Below, in pieces: positions 49,107 through 57,910 of a stretch of DNA of 64,000 nucleotides. Origin of the DNA: a virus (taxonomy: Duplodnaviria; Caudoviricetes); the IMG/VR virus record IMGVR_UViG_2811995317_000003, positions 1 to 64,000 of that record, one strand, 5' to 3'. A program made the position numbers and the translations under genes. How positions within the stretch are numbered: position 1 is the first letter of the stretch; every line of letters begins with the position of its first letter. The notes below the pieces were generated by a model. The model made no database searches and had not been told where the DNA came from. It was given only the letters and a program-made list of their open reading frames with translations.

Positions 49107-49152
49107 GGCAATGCCTCCCGGTTAGGCCAGGCCGATCGGTTGAATATGGGGG

Positions 49153-49365
49153 TTAGTGCTGGATAGGGTTGCCGTGACCGTCCAGAAGGACGTCAATCAC
49201 GCAGTCACTGAGTCGGATGATTTCTGCATCGGTGTGCAGATACACCCATTTGCGCTCCTGAATGACTGCTGAGACGCGATAGGTGCGGCCTTCATGCATT
49301 GCCATCATACCTGGAGTGACGCACTGGCGAATGAGCGGGGTGGTGCCGTAATGCATTCCGTTCAT
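49153..49365 (-). CDS. conserved phage hypothetical protein
   Basis: 70 aa, ATGA-coupled. Confidence 0.6.
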   Translation of the reverse strand: MNGMHYGTTPLIRQCVTPGMMAMHEGRTYRVSAVIQERKWVYLHTDAEIIRLSDCVIDVLLDGHGNPIQH

Positions 49366-49562
49366 GAGCTCTCTCCATTGCCGTTTCTGCATTCCCATAG
49401 CTCTGCATACTCTTGCATTAATGAAGCTATGTTTTGTTTCAGGAAAACCTTATTGCCGTTGCTTGCATCTGATTTATCTATCAGACTCTTCAATCTTTCT
49501 TTAAGCTTTGATCGGCGGTTTTTATTCACGTTTTTTTGTCGATAGTGAGAGGGGATGCTCAT
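49362..49562 (-). CDS. hypothetical protein
   Basis: 66 aa, coupled. Confidence 0.55.
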   Translation of the reverse strand: MSIPSHYRQKNVNKNRRSKLKERLKSLIDKSDASNGNKVFLKQNIASLMQEYAELWECRNGNGESS

Positions 49563-49717
49563 ACCTTCACCTCAACCTGTACCAGGAGGCCAGCCATATG
49601 CATCTGCCAGCGGTTAAGTACCAACTTTTCACGCGGTGCAGATACCGACGTCAGCTGCCACTCGTTATCGTTGAGCTTTTTGGCGGTGTACTGCTTGCCG
49701 TTGTGGGTGACTTTCAT
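49559..49717 (-). CDS. small conserved phage protein, 52 aa
   Basis: MKVTHNGKQYTAKKLNDNEWQL...; not in ORF track. Confidence 0.6.
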   Translation of the reverse strand: MKVTHNGKQYTAKKLNDNEWQLTSVSAPREKLVLNRWQMHMAGLLVQVEVKV

Positions 49718-49962
49718 GATGCCTCCAGCTTTTCTTTGAAGTCGGCGCGGAGGTGAATCTCTTTCCCATCAGCTGTCGGGAATATCAGGATGTCATCACG
49801 AACCGCGAGAAGATGGGCCACTGCAAATAGCGCCTCGTCTGTTACATCAAATTTCTCACCAGTGAACTCACGAACGCCGGGCGCCAATTTGCTTGGCTTT
49901 GACCGACCCGCGAAAATTCGCTTCGTCAGGCCTGAAAAACCTACTGTGATTGGGTTGCTCAT
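49714..49962 (-). CDS. conserved phage hypothetical protein
   Basis: 82 aa, coupled. Confidence 0.6.
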   Translation of the reverse strand: MSNPITVGFSGLTKRIFAGRSKPSKLAPGVREFTGEKFDVTDEALFAVAHLLAVRDDILIFPTADGKEIHLRADFKEKLEAS

Positions 49963-50222
49963 GATGCCCCCCGGGCGCGAAGCATTGCGTCAGCTATCTG
50001 GTACGCTTCGGTTGCTGTGCGGTCATCGCTACACAACCAGTCAGGATTCGCTAATCGACCCTGCATGGCCTTAGCCGCGAAGTAATCTCGCATCGTCATG
50101 CCACTAAAGTTAGCTGTCTTACCAGGAGCCAACTCAATGCCGAATGTGTTCATTGTCTCGCTGGAATTGTTAACAAGTACGTATGGGAATGCTGGTCCGC
50201 CTGCCTGAATTTTCATAATCAT
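49959..50222 (-). CDS. conserved phage protein (GGPAFP...GMTMRDYFAAKAMQ family)
   Basis: widespread motif pair; RBS GGAG. Confidence 0.7.
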   Translation of the reverse strand: MIMKIQAGGPAFPYVLVNNSSETMNTFGIELAPGKTANFSGMTMRDYFAAKAMQGRLANPDWLCSDDRTATEAYQIADAMLRARGAS

Positions 50223-50435
50223 CTCCGCGCTTAAGCCGCGCCGCTGAACGTTAACAAAGACTTCTGCGCTAATGGGCGGTGTATGGCCGCCGGTTGTCAT
50301 AACTTGAGTCACTCGTAAATGACTCCAGGTATGAAAAAGGCCGCCTACCTGGCAGCCTCAACCTGAATGAGTGCCGGGGTATTTATCCGCGCCCGGCGCG
50401 CGCTTTCCCGCTATTCCCCAACAGCAAGAAATCGC

Positions 50436-50783
50436 TTACTCTTTAATCTCCCCAACAGTAGAAAGGATATATTCATGCAAACCATGCGGACCGTGTGCCC
50501 TGACTGCGGAAGTGAGATGTTCAACCAGCCCGATGATTTTGACTTTGAGACAAATTTCACCGGCGTCAGTTGTGCTGACTGTGGTCGAGAAATCACTAAG
50601 GACGATGTTGTCAATCAGGCCACGGACACGGTCAAAAAACAGATCGACGACATGCTCAGGAATTCCCTCAAAGGAACTGGCTGGAAGTTCAAGTAGCTTT
50701 AAAAGCTCCCCAGTCTGAGTAAGCACCTCGCTGGCGTCTACGTTAAGCAGTAGTGGCGCCGTTTTTTTATCTGACATACACAC
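50436..50783 (-). CDS. first pL-operon gene, hypothetical (occupies HK022 nun position)
   Basis: GAGGGG RBS just downstream of putL. Confidence 0.55.
   Translation of the reverse strand: MCMSDKKTAPLLLNVDASEVLTQTGELLKLLELPASSFEGIPEHVVDLFFDRVRGLIDNIVLSDFSTTVSTTDAGEICLKVKIIGLVEHLTSAVRAHGPHGLHEYILSTVGEIKE
50475..50696 (+). CDS. small zinc-ribbon protein, antisense-nested
   Basis: CPDCG...CADCG; AAGGA RBS. Confidence 0.7.
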   Translation: MQTMRTVCPDCGSEMFNQPDDFDFETNFTGVSCADCGREITKDDVVNQATDTVKKQIDDMLRNSLKGTGWKFK

Positions 50784-50837
50784 CCCTCTGATTGTTTACC
50801 GTCAGCCCCTCGCAAAGAGCTGTTGGTAAATCGCTTT

Positions 50838-50905
50838 GCCATAATTGCCGCTCTTCCTGAGCCCGCCTATGGTCCGACGCATGGTTTACTGTCGCGCCGT
50901 TCGAC
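50838..50905 (-). ncRNA. putL-like antiterminator RNA
   Basis: GTCGAACGGCGCGAC...AAACCATGCGTCGG...GGCGGGCTCAGGAAGAGCGGCAAT two-stem element just after pL; closely resembles recalled HK022 putL. Confidence 0.75.
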
Positions 50906-50936
50906 TGACCGAAACGCTGTGTTGTTTCGATGGGCT

Positions 50937-50981
50937 TATAATGTACTGAAAGTTCATTCATGTAAAGTACCAATAGTACAT
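50937..50981 (-). promoter_or_regulatory. pL and oL of prophage 2
   Basis: TTTACA-N17-CATTAT on minus strand; operators ATGTACTGAAAGTTCAT (50941-50957) and AAGTACCAATAGTACAT (50965-50981). Confidence 0.75.
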
Positions 50982-51040
50982 ATTTTAGGTAAAAAAAGTC
51001 CATTTTGTCATAACATAATGAACTTTAAGGTAATTTATTT

Positions 51041-51748
51041 TTATCCGAACCGACGATAATCTATCGACTGACGAAGCAAGACCTTGGCTACCACGTGAAG
51101 CTGGTCTTCGTCAGCTTCTTCAATATGCCAGCGCTCGTATATCGGATTGTCAGATATGACAACTAGCTTGTCTTTCTGCATCTGCAGGCGTTTTACATGA
51201 AGGGTTCTGCCATAGACGAAAACATAAATTCCGTCAGCATCAAAATGGTTAACGGACACATCAACGAAGATCTCGTCACCAGGATTGATAGTCCCCTCCA
51301 TGCTGTCGCCACTAACAGTGATGACTTTTATATGGTCTTGAGGCCTGCCATTAAATAAAGTTCTGGCGTGCTCAGTTGTGTACTCAATAGCCCTGACCTT
51401 CTCAATGAATTCATTGGAAATCATAGTCCCCGGCCCAGCACTCGCTTGAACATCTAATACGTCCACTCGATAAGAGTCGGACACCTTAGAGGCGTGGTTA
51501 GGTGTGATACCGTCCTCTGTAGCGTACCCATGAAGGTAAGCAGCTGTAGTCCCCAGCACCGATGCTAGCAACTCCATCTTCTCCTTTCTTGGAACCGATT
51601 CGCCATTAAACCACTTACTTACGGCCTTCGGTGTGAGTTTCATTCTAGCAGCTAGATCAGCCTGCCTGCCATGTTGTGGAAGTCCCGCCTTATCACAGGC
51701 CAGCGCAAGCCTTAGCGAGAATTTTTCACGCTCATTTTGTTGAACCAT
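51041..51748 (-). CDS. cI: CI repressor, HK022-like, 235 aa
   Basis: MVQQNEREKFS..LALACDKAGLP.HGRQADLA; ASAGPG, GDSM, VKRL; strongly resembles recalled HK022 CI. Confidence 0.92.
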   Translation of the reverse strand: MVQQNEREKFSLRLALACDKAGLPQHGRQADLAARMKLTPKAVSKWFNGESVPRKEKMELLASVLGTTAAYLHGYATEDGITPNHASKVSDSYRVDVLDVQASAGPGTMISNEFIEKVRAIEYTTEHARTLFNGRPQDHIKVITVSGDSMEGTINPGDEIFVDVSVNHFDADGIYVFVYGRTLHVKRLQMQKDKLVVISDNPIYERWHIEEADEDQLHVVAKVLLRQSIDYRRFG

Positions 51749-51813
51749 CAGTTCAACTATATCTGTACTTGACTGTACTATCAGTTCCGTCATAATATGA
51801 ACTACAAGTTCAC
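51740..51813 (+). promoter_or_regulatory. oR (three 17-bp operators) and pR of prophage 2
   Basis: TTGAACCATCAGTTCAA 51740, CTGTACTATCAGTTCCG 51773, ATGAACTACAAGTTCAC 51797; TTGACT-N16-CATAAT. Confidence 0.8.
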
Positions 51814-51821
51814 CACTGGAG

Positions 51822-52058
51822 ATGCAAATGAACGAAGTTACGTTTGGACACGTCATTAAATCCGTTCGTGTGTCTGTTGTGGCTGAGGTTTGCGGACTTA
51901 CGCCCAAGGCCATTTACAAATGGATTGAGCGTGGTTCTCTGCCGCGTACCGAGTTTACAGGAGAAACCGAGTACGCGGACAAGATCGCCAAAGCATCAGG
52001 CGGCAAGTATTCAGCAGCACAGATTCGCCGTATCGGTAAGCAGAAATTAGTCATGTAA
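51822..52058 (+). CDS. cro: Cro
   Basis: VAEVCGLTPKAIYKWIERGSLPRTE. Confidence 0.85.
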   Translation: MQMNEVTFGHVIKSVRVSVVAEVCGLTPKAIYKWIERGSLPRTEFTGETEYADKIAKASGGKYSAAQIRRIGKQKLVM

Positions 52059-52063
52059 TAAAA

Positions 52064-52080
52064 ATGTACTTTTAGTACCG
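52064..52080 (+). promoter_or_regulatory. far-right operator (OFR-like)
   Basis: ATGTACTTTTAGTACCG matches operator consensus; lies downstream of cro as in HK022. Confidence 0.65.
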
Positions 52081-52139
52081 AACGGCCCGGTATATGGTCG
52101 GGTGCCCGGCGTGGTCATGGATGACTGTCAATGGTGCAC
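52077..52139 (+). ncRNA. putR-like antiterminator RNA
   Basis: ACCGAACGGCCCGGT...GTCGG then stem GTGC..GGC..GTCA-TGGA-TGAC.GTC-AAT..GCAC; same motifs as 50838-50905. Confidence 0.7.
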
Positions 52140-52196
52140 GATAAAAAGAACAAACATTTATCAATTAACTATTTCACACCAAAGGAATTATCACAT

Positions 52197-52496
52197 ATGG
52201 AAAACTCAATTAATCGCAACAAGGCCAATGCCCAGCGCATTTTGTCCTGGTTGCTTAACCAAATCGCCATGAAAGGTGGCAACAACGTAGCTAAAGAGAT
52301 CGGCGTCGATAAGGCACAGATAACACGCTGGAAAGAAACGTGGCTGCCGAAGATGGCAATGCTATTGGCAGTTCTGGAGTGGGGTGTCGTTGATGACGAT
52401 ATGGCGCGGCTGGCAAAGCAGGTTGCAGAGATTCTCACCAATAAAAAACGCCCGGCGGCAACCGAGCGTTATGACCAGATGAATATGAACTTCTAA
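52197..52496 (+). CDS. cII: CII activator
   Basis: VAKEIGVDKAQITRWK, LLAVLEWG, KKRP tail. Confidence 0.88.
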   Translation: MENSINRNKANAQRILSWLLNQIAMKGGNNVAKEIGVDKAQITRWKETWLPKMAMLLAVLEWGVVDDDMARLAKQVAEILTNKKRPAATERYDQMNMNF

Positions 52497-52504
52497 TAAC
52501 TCAG
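52443..52504 (-). ncRNA. OOP-like antisense RNA ending at lambda t0-type terminator
   Basis: AACGCTCGGTTGCCGCCGGGCGTTTTTT (52470-52443); upstream TTGCCT-N17-CATAAT at 52539-52511. Confidence 0.65.
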
Positions 52505-52513
52505 AGGTGAATT

Positions 52514-53215
52514 ATGCCAGGAATTATGATCTCAGGCAACAATGCCAAAATTGGCACTGATGAGCTTCTTTCCATTATCAATCAGGCCCGATTAGAGCAT
52601 GGAGAAAAGCCAGTTCGTAACAATGATTTTATCCCTCGGGTCAAGGATGAGCTTGAAGGGGAGCACTACGAAACTTTCGTAGTTCAAAATTCAAACGGCA
52701 CAAAATCAGAAAACCTTGTGGTATCCAACGACCAGGCAGTATTGATTGGCATGAGGGAGTCGAAGGCGGTTCGCCGAACTGTCCTCACAAAACTAAAGGA
52801 AAAGGAGCCTCCATTATTGCCTCAAACGCTGCCTGAGGCGTTGAGACTTGCAGCTGATTTAGCTGAAGAGAAAATTCAGTTAGAGAGTCAGTTAGCCATT
52901 GCCGCCCCGAAAGCACAATTCGTGGATAGCTACGTCAATGCATCTGGATCTCTCGGCTTCCGCGAGACCTGCAAATTACTCCACATCAAAGAAAACGCCT
53001 TCCGTCAGTTCCTGCTCGAAAGTGAAATCATGTACCTGCTTGCAGGCAAGCTAACGCCGTATGCGCAGCATATTGATGCTGGGCGTTTCACTGTGAAAAC
53101 AGGCGAGAACCAGAATAACGGCCACGCCTTCACCCAAAACAAATTCACGCCCAAGGGCATCCAGTGGATCGCCGGACTGTGGGCGGCACATCAAATCGGA
53201 GACAAGGCGGCATGA
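52514..53215 (+). CDS. antirepressor with KilAC domain
   Basis: LPQTLPEALRLAADL, AAPKAQFVD, FTPKGIQW. Confidence 0.85.
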   Translation: MPGIMISGNNAKIGTDELLSIINQARLEHGEKPVRNNDFIPRVKDELEGEHYETFVVQNSNGTKSENLVVSNDQAVLIGMRESKAVRRTVLTKLKEKEPPLLPQTLPEALRLAADLAEEKIQLESQLAIAAPKAQFVDSYVNASGSLGFRETCKLLHIKENAFRQFLLESEIMYLLAGKLTPYAQHIDAGRFTVKTGENQNNGHAFTQNKFTPKGIQWIAGLWAAHQIGDKAA

Positions 53216-53940
53216 GCAGAGCAGCAACGGACTGGGCGTGGGGCCTTGAACTAAAAGCATCACAAAAACTTCTGATGCTCTCTCTGGCAGACCGCGCTGA
53301 CGAATCGCACTGCTGCTACCCGAGCATACAGCGCCTCGTTAAAGACACCGGCATGGACAGGAAGACCATCGGGAAGTGGGTCGGGCAGATGATTGACGAT
53401 GGACTGATTACCGACACCGGAGAGCGTAAAGGTAAGACAAAACAGGTTCGCGTTTTGCGTCTCAATATCGAGGTTAAAGAAGCCCAAAAACGGAACAGTA
53501 CCAAAAACGGTAACGATACCAAATTTGGACACGAAACAAGCCCAAATTTGGACACGAAACGATCCCAAAATTGGGATACAGAATCAGTCATTGAACCCAA
53601 CATAGAACCAACTCTCTCTGGGGGCGATGGTTTTGTGAGCGACGCAGCGAAGACAAGAATGGGCCTGCCGACTGGCAGCGGAATTCCTTTCCCGGCTCAA
53701 TTCAAACCTTCTGCTGAGCATATCGCCATGGCCGCCGAGAAGGGGGTCAGCATCGAAACCGAGCTTCTGAACTTCCGTGACTACCACACAGCGCGAGGCA
53801 CAACCCTGATTGACTGGAATTCAGCCTTCCGTGTCTGGATCCGAAACGCCCGCGTTAACCCCCTGGCATCAAAGCGCAGCCGCAGTGAGCCAGAAACCCC
53901 GCACTGGAATAGCCGTGAAGGCTGGGAGGACTTCCTGTGA
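53212..53940 (+). CDS. replication initiator (HTH N-terminus)
   Basis: KLLMLSLADRAD...CYPSIQRL; internal iterons; DWNSAFRVWIRN. Confidence 0.85.
   Translation: MSRAATDWAWGLELKASQKLLMLSLADRADESHCCYPSIQRLVKDTGMDRKTIGKWVGQMIDDGLITDTGERKGKTKQVRVLRLNIEVKEAQKRNSTKNGNDTKFGHETSPNLDTKRSQNWDTESVIEPNIEPTLSGGDGFVSDAAKTRMGLPTGSGIPFPAQFKPSAEHIAMAAEKGVSIETELLNFRDYHTARGTTLIDWNSAFRVWIRNARVNPLASKRSRSEPETPHWNSREGWEDFL
53484..53574. repeat. ori iterons: five CCAAAWWYGG units
   Basis: starting at 53484, 53501, 53519, 53542, 53565. Confidence 0.7.
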
Positions 53941-54713
53941 CAATGCAACTGATGGCAGCAATTCAGAACCGTGACGGCGAGGCGTTTGCCCGGATGTCCG
54001 GTAGTTACGACCCCAAAAACGTTATCAACATCGAGGCCGAGAACCTTGTCGACTCGCTCTTTCGCCAGCTGAAACAGATATTCCCGGCGGCATCTCAGAC
54101 CAATCTCAAAACCGACGCTGACGAGAAGACCGCGAAACGCCAGTGGATCGCAGCATTCTCCGAAAACGGCATCCGAACCAGAGAGCAGCTGTCGGCTGGC
54201 GTTCGCCATGCCAGGGCAAGCGCATCCCCGTTCTGGCCGTCTCCGGGGCAGTTCATCAAGTGGTGCAAAGACAGCAACTCAGTGCTGGGCGTGGGTATTG
54301 TGGATGTGATGAACGAGTTTCACCGCTACAGCCGCGAGAAGGGCGTTCATGTTGGTGGGGCTGAAAATTTCCCATGGACGCACCCGGTCATGTATTGGGT
54401 GGTGACCGACACCCGCCGGGCAATGTACCAGCGCCAGCTCAGCGAAGTCGAGACCGAAAAGTACGCAGCTAAAAAGCTTGAAGAATGGGCTTTGAAGGTG
54501 GCATCAGGTGAGCAAATTCCTGCCCCGGTAGTCGCGCTCGAATATCACGAAGAGGTGATCCCAACGACTCACGAGAGCCGCAGAACAGGCTATCACCCGG
54601 AAGGGAAAAGCTTTGGCTGCATGCCAAATGCCGCATCACTGGGCGCGCTTACTCCGGCGCAATGGTTGTGGGAAGAGTATCGCAGGGGCGTTGAGCGGGG
54701 GCTTATTCGATGA
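53937..54713 (+). CDS. replication protein P-like (helicase loader)
   Basis: LFRQLKQIFPA, KRQWI.AF.ENGI.T, PFWPSPGQFIKWC. Confidence 0.88.
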   Translation: MTMQLMAAIQNRDGEAFARMSGSYDPKNVINIEAENLVDSLFRQLKQIFPAASQTNLKTDADEKTAKRQWIAAFSENGIRTREQLSAGVRHARASASPFWPSPGQFIKWCKDSNSVLGVGIVDVMNEFHRYSREKGVHVGGAENFPWTHPVMYWVVTDTRRAMYQRQLSEVETEKYAAKKLEEWALKVASGEQIPAPVVALEYHEEVIPTTHESRRTGYHPEGKSFGCMPNAASLGALTPAQWLWEEYRRGVERGLIR

Positions 54714-55009
54714 AAGGCAAACAGGCAATTCTGCGTTATCTCGAAACGCACCGGACCTTCACCGCGAAGGATGTGGCCACAGAGTGCGGCATGACCATCA
54801 ACTGCATCACGAAGAACGCTATCGATCTGGAGCGGGCCCGCAAGATTGTCCGCGTGAGCAAGCTCTGGCGAACGGTGACTTATCGCCTGGCGACGCCGGA
54901 AGAGCAGGACGGCACCGCGCGCAGCTGCACCAACGGAATATTTCAGGAGTGCCGCAACAGCGCGGCGATGAAGCGAGTATTGATGGTTTGGTGGAGGGTA
55001 GGGGTATGA
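54710..55009 (+). CDS. hypothetical winged-HTH-like protein
   Basis: 99 aa, coupled. Confidence 0.6.
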   Translation: MKGKQAILRYLETHRTFTAKDVATECGMTINCITKNAIDLERARKIVRVSKLWRTVTYRLATPEEQDGTARSCTNGIFQECRNSAAMKRVLMVWWRVGV

Positions 55010-55509
55010 AACAGAAATTTATCGAGTGGTTTACCAAGAACAACAACGGCTGCTCGCCAGCGATGGAAGACGACAGAAGCTTTGTGTACGAGATGACGCG
55101 GCACATGTTCGAAGCGTACCAGGCTGGCGTGGCTGAAGGTGAAGCCAGATGCGCGGCGCTGGCTGCGGAGAATGCGGGGCTGAAGTCGGTGTGTGAAGAC
55201 CGTCGCACGTTCATCATGAATGGGGTGCAGCTGGGTTATATCCAGGTTCCGACAGTGGAAACAGACCCGGCACTTGAAACCATTCGCGTTGCTGTGTCAC
55301 CACAAGAACCAACCCCTGCTACAGATGCTTTCCTGGCTGAAGTGCGTGCGCAGGGCCTCAACGCTTTCATCCAGCATCGCAGTGCAGAACTGGATGCGCA
55401 TATTAAAAACGGTGGTGAGCAGTTCGACGAAAAATCAGTACGCATCAGAGACATCATCGTCTCAGCCCGCTTGTTCAGGGAGCAGATTCGCAAGGAGGCC
55501 GCCAAATGA
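55006..55509 (+). CDS. Ead/Ea22-like hypothetical protein
   Basis: CAALAAENAGLK, TPATDAFLAEVRAQG. Confidence 0.65.
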   Translation: MKQKFIEWFTKNNNGCSPAMEDDRSFVYEMTRHMFEAYQAGVAEGEARCAALAAENAGLKSVCEDRRTFIMNGVQLGYIQVPTVETDPALETIRVAVSPQEPTPATDAFLAEVRAQGLNAFIQHRSAELDAHIKNGGEQFDEKSVRIRDIIVSARLFREQIRKEAAK

Positions 55510-55919
55510 GCAACATCGACAAACGCGCATTACGTGAAGCGGCTGAACGTGCAGGACAAAATGACTGGGAGTACGTCTACACCAGCGACCTCAGCGCCCC
55601 AGGGCGGGGATATATCACAGTAGGCGGAGCAGAGGCTATCTACTGTCTGAATAAAGCCGCAGGGGGAGTGAAACAGTCTGAAAACGTTTTGAGATATATC
55701 GCCGCAGCCAACCCAGCCACCGTGCTGGCACTGCTAGATGAGCTGGAAGCCAAAGACAAGAGGATTGCTGAGCTGGAGGCGAAGCTCGATAGCGCAGATA
55801 AATTGCAAGATAGCGCATTTCGTCATGGTCTTCAGCATGGCTTCAGTTTAGGTCAAACGGATAATCAGGCTGGATTTGAAGAGTGCTTATCTTCCTATGG
55901 AACCGGTAAAGGAGAGTGA
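55506..55919 (+). CDS. Ead/Ea22-like protein
   Basis: MSNIDKRALREAAE, IAAANPATVLALLDELE. Confidence 0.8.
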   Translation: MSNIDKRALREAAERAGQNDWEYVYTSDLSAPGRGYITVGGAEAIYCLNKAAGGVKQSENVLRYIAAANPATVLALLDELEAKDKRIAELEAKLDSADKLQDSAFRHGLQHGFSLGQTDNQAGFEECLSSYGTGKGE

Positions 55920-56194
55920 ATGTGAAAAATTATCTCAGCAATTTAGCCAGCATGCTTCAGGGGATTGCAGGTGTCATTTCAGACGGCGAGCGGGTGCAGA
56001 AAGAGTGCCCTGCGCACTTAAAGTCAGCACTACTCGAGGCTTCTCACGCGCTAGATGGTCAATCGGTCAGGGTCAATTATCCGCCTAATGGAAAGCCTGA
56101 AATTGTTAATGCCCGCGGACACCATCGACCGCTTACCTTCCGGGAACGAGTGGCAATCCGCTTACTTGGTGGCAGGACGGAGATTCGCCCATGA
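55916..56194 (+). CDS. hypothetical protein
   Basis: 92 aa, coupled. Confidence 0.6.
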   Translation: MNVKNYLSNLASMLQGIAGVISDGERVQKECPAHLKSALLEASHALDGQSVRVNYPPNGKPEIVNARGHHRPLTFRERVAIRLLGGRTEIRP

Positions 56195-56511
56195 GCACTA
56201 TTACCAGAGAACTGGCAAAGCTGTTCAGAAAAATTACGAATTCTGAAATTGATGCGGAGGGTAACGCTCATGTTGTTTTATCTCCTGCTGATAGCCTCCT
56301 GATTAATAATGCGCGTATCGCGCTGGCATCGCTCGAAGCGGAGCCTGTGGCGTGGCTGCTGTCAGGCGGCGGCGCAAAAAACAACGTCAGCTTCGATAGT
56401 GGCAATGCTTATGCCGACCCGCTGCGAGAAGTAACGCCGCTTTACACCGCCTCGCCACCGCTGCTATCTGCATCACCTGTCATTCAGAGATCGATAACGG
56501 AAATGGATTGA
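56191..56511 (+). pseudogene. Eaa-like gene truncated by deletion
   Basis: MSTITRE...LASLEAEPVAW...PLYT, then runs out of frame into the next fragment. Confidence 0.6.
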
Positions 56512-56600
56512 GCCGTGACGAACGCCGCCAGTTAATGGACCGCGCCATTGTACTGACCGTTATCCAGATTGCCCGTCGTGGCTTGGTGGTGCCCGCATGA
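56454..56600 (+). pseudogene. 3' fragment of the Cys-rich nin-region gene
   Basis: ATAAICITCHSEIDNG...RQLMDRAIVLTVIQIARRGLVVPA matches C-terminus of 15186-15485; no start codon. Confidence 0.8.
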
Positions 56601-56956
56601 AAATCTACGACATAACACCAATCGGAAAGCCTCGCATGACCCGCGCGGATAAGTGGAAGCAGCGCCCACCTGTAATGCGTTATCGCGCTTTTTGCGATGA
56701 GGTCCGCCTGCGCAAGCTGACCATGCATGAATCAGGATCACATGTGACATTCGTCCTACCAATGCCACCAAGCTGGAGTAAGAAGAAACGAGCGGAGTTC
56801 GCCGGGAAGCCCCACCAGGCCAAGCCAGACTGCGACAACATGCTGAAGGCCCTGATGGATGCGCTTTATGAGGATGATGCTCACATCTGGGATTGCCGCA
56901 TCACAAAGGTCTGGGGAGAGAAGGGGCAGATCATCATCGGAGAGTGCGCGCCGTGA
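56597..56956 (+). CDS. rusA: RusA-like resolvase
   Basis: KPDCDNMLKALMDAL. Confidence 0.88.
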   Translation: MKIYDITPIGKPRMTRADKWKQRPPVMRYRAFCDEVRLRKLTMHESGSHVTFVLPMPPSWSKKKRAEFAGKPHQAKPDCDNMLKALMDALYEDDAHIWDCRITKVWGEKGQIIIGECAP

Positions 56957-57063
56957 CCAGAGACGAGATAACCCGGTACCAGGCAGAAAGCGTTAAGCGC
57001 GCCAGCCTACCGCCAGTAGCAAAGCACAGCCAGACCAAACAACCTAAGAAGGAAGCAGCATGA
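56953..57063 (+). CDS. 36-aa coupled peptide
   Basis: GTGA and ATGA overlaps; resembles first 16 aa of prophage 1 Q. Confidence 0.45.
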   Translation: MTRDEITRYQAESVKRASLPPVAKHSQTKQPKKEAA

Positions 57064-57683
57064 GAAAGCTCACACCAATTTACTCCATGGTCAACTTTGT
57101 CGATGACGCTCACTTCCGCCGTGTCTGGAAGCATCCCAAAAAGACCATAACCCCAAAGCAACGGGCATGGGTGCAGTACATGCTGACTGTGTGGGGTCGC
57201 ATTAACCGTGGCGATGATTCTCCTGCCGGTGCCATTAACGTCATTGGCCGATTGATGATCCGCAGCCAATGGAGTCCTGATATGGGTGGACACATCGAGA
57301 GGATGGTCAACTGGCTTTATAGCGATGAAGGAGGGGCGCTGAGAGGTGAGGCGCTTTATAAAAAAGCTCGCGAACTGGTTATCCCTCAGTCATCAGCCAG
57401 CAACATCATCGCTCTCGCCAAAGAATCAGATGATGCCGCATTCGTAGAAAAAGTGATGGTTAAGCTGTTTCACCGGGAAAGCCCAGTCCGCGATTATGCA
57501 ATTAAACGTTATTGTGAGCGCAACTGCACTCAACATATCGCTCAGGCAATGAGCAGAGTAACCGGCGTGGATGTGCAGCAGTGCCGCCGCCGGGTCGTGT
57601 GGTGCGAGAAGGTTTTTGAATCAGAACTCTTTTATGCCTTACAACGTGAGATGGAGAAAGAAAACGAACTTCAGGCCACTTAA
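57060..57683 (+). CDS. late antiterminator Q-like
   Basis: position before pR'; homologous to 16314-16997. Confidence 0.75.
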   Translation: MRKLTPIYSMVNFVDDAHFRRVWKHPKKTITPKQRAWVQYMLTVWGRINRGDDSPAGAINVIGRLMIRSQWSPDMGGHIERMVNWLYSDEGGALRGEALYKKARELVIPQSSASNIIALAKESDDAAFVEKVMVKLFHRESPVRDYAIKRYCERNCTQHIAQAMSRVTGVDVQQCRRRVVWCEKVFESELFYALQREMEKENELQAT

Positions 57684-57882
57684 TTAGAAAATATTTATCT
57701 GAAAGTGTTGATTTGGCGAAATGAAAGTGCATAATTCAGTATATGCTCGGACGTCAAAGGCGAAAGAGCGCGGTGATGAAGTGCAAGATGACAGCGCTCA
57801 TGAATCGGGGACATCGAAAGCCCAAAAGCTGAATTGTGTGGCGACAGCAAAAACGCGACTTGAGCCATCACCAATAATTTAG

Positions 57883-57910
57883 AGCCACTGGTTAACGCCG
57901 GTGGCTTTTT
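57883..57910 (+). terminator. tR'-like terminator
   Basis: AGCCACTGG-TTAACG-CCGGTGGCT followed by U tract. Confidence 0.85.

Noticed and set aside
50436-50783. nun or N homologue after putL
   Set aside because: No arginine-rich motif and no resemblance to Nun or N; no boxA/boxB found.
51749-51913. Long N-terminal extension of prophage 2 cI
   Set aside because: It runs through oR and antisense to cro; ATG 51748 gives the HK022-like 235-aa protein.
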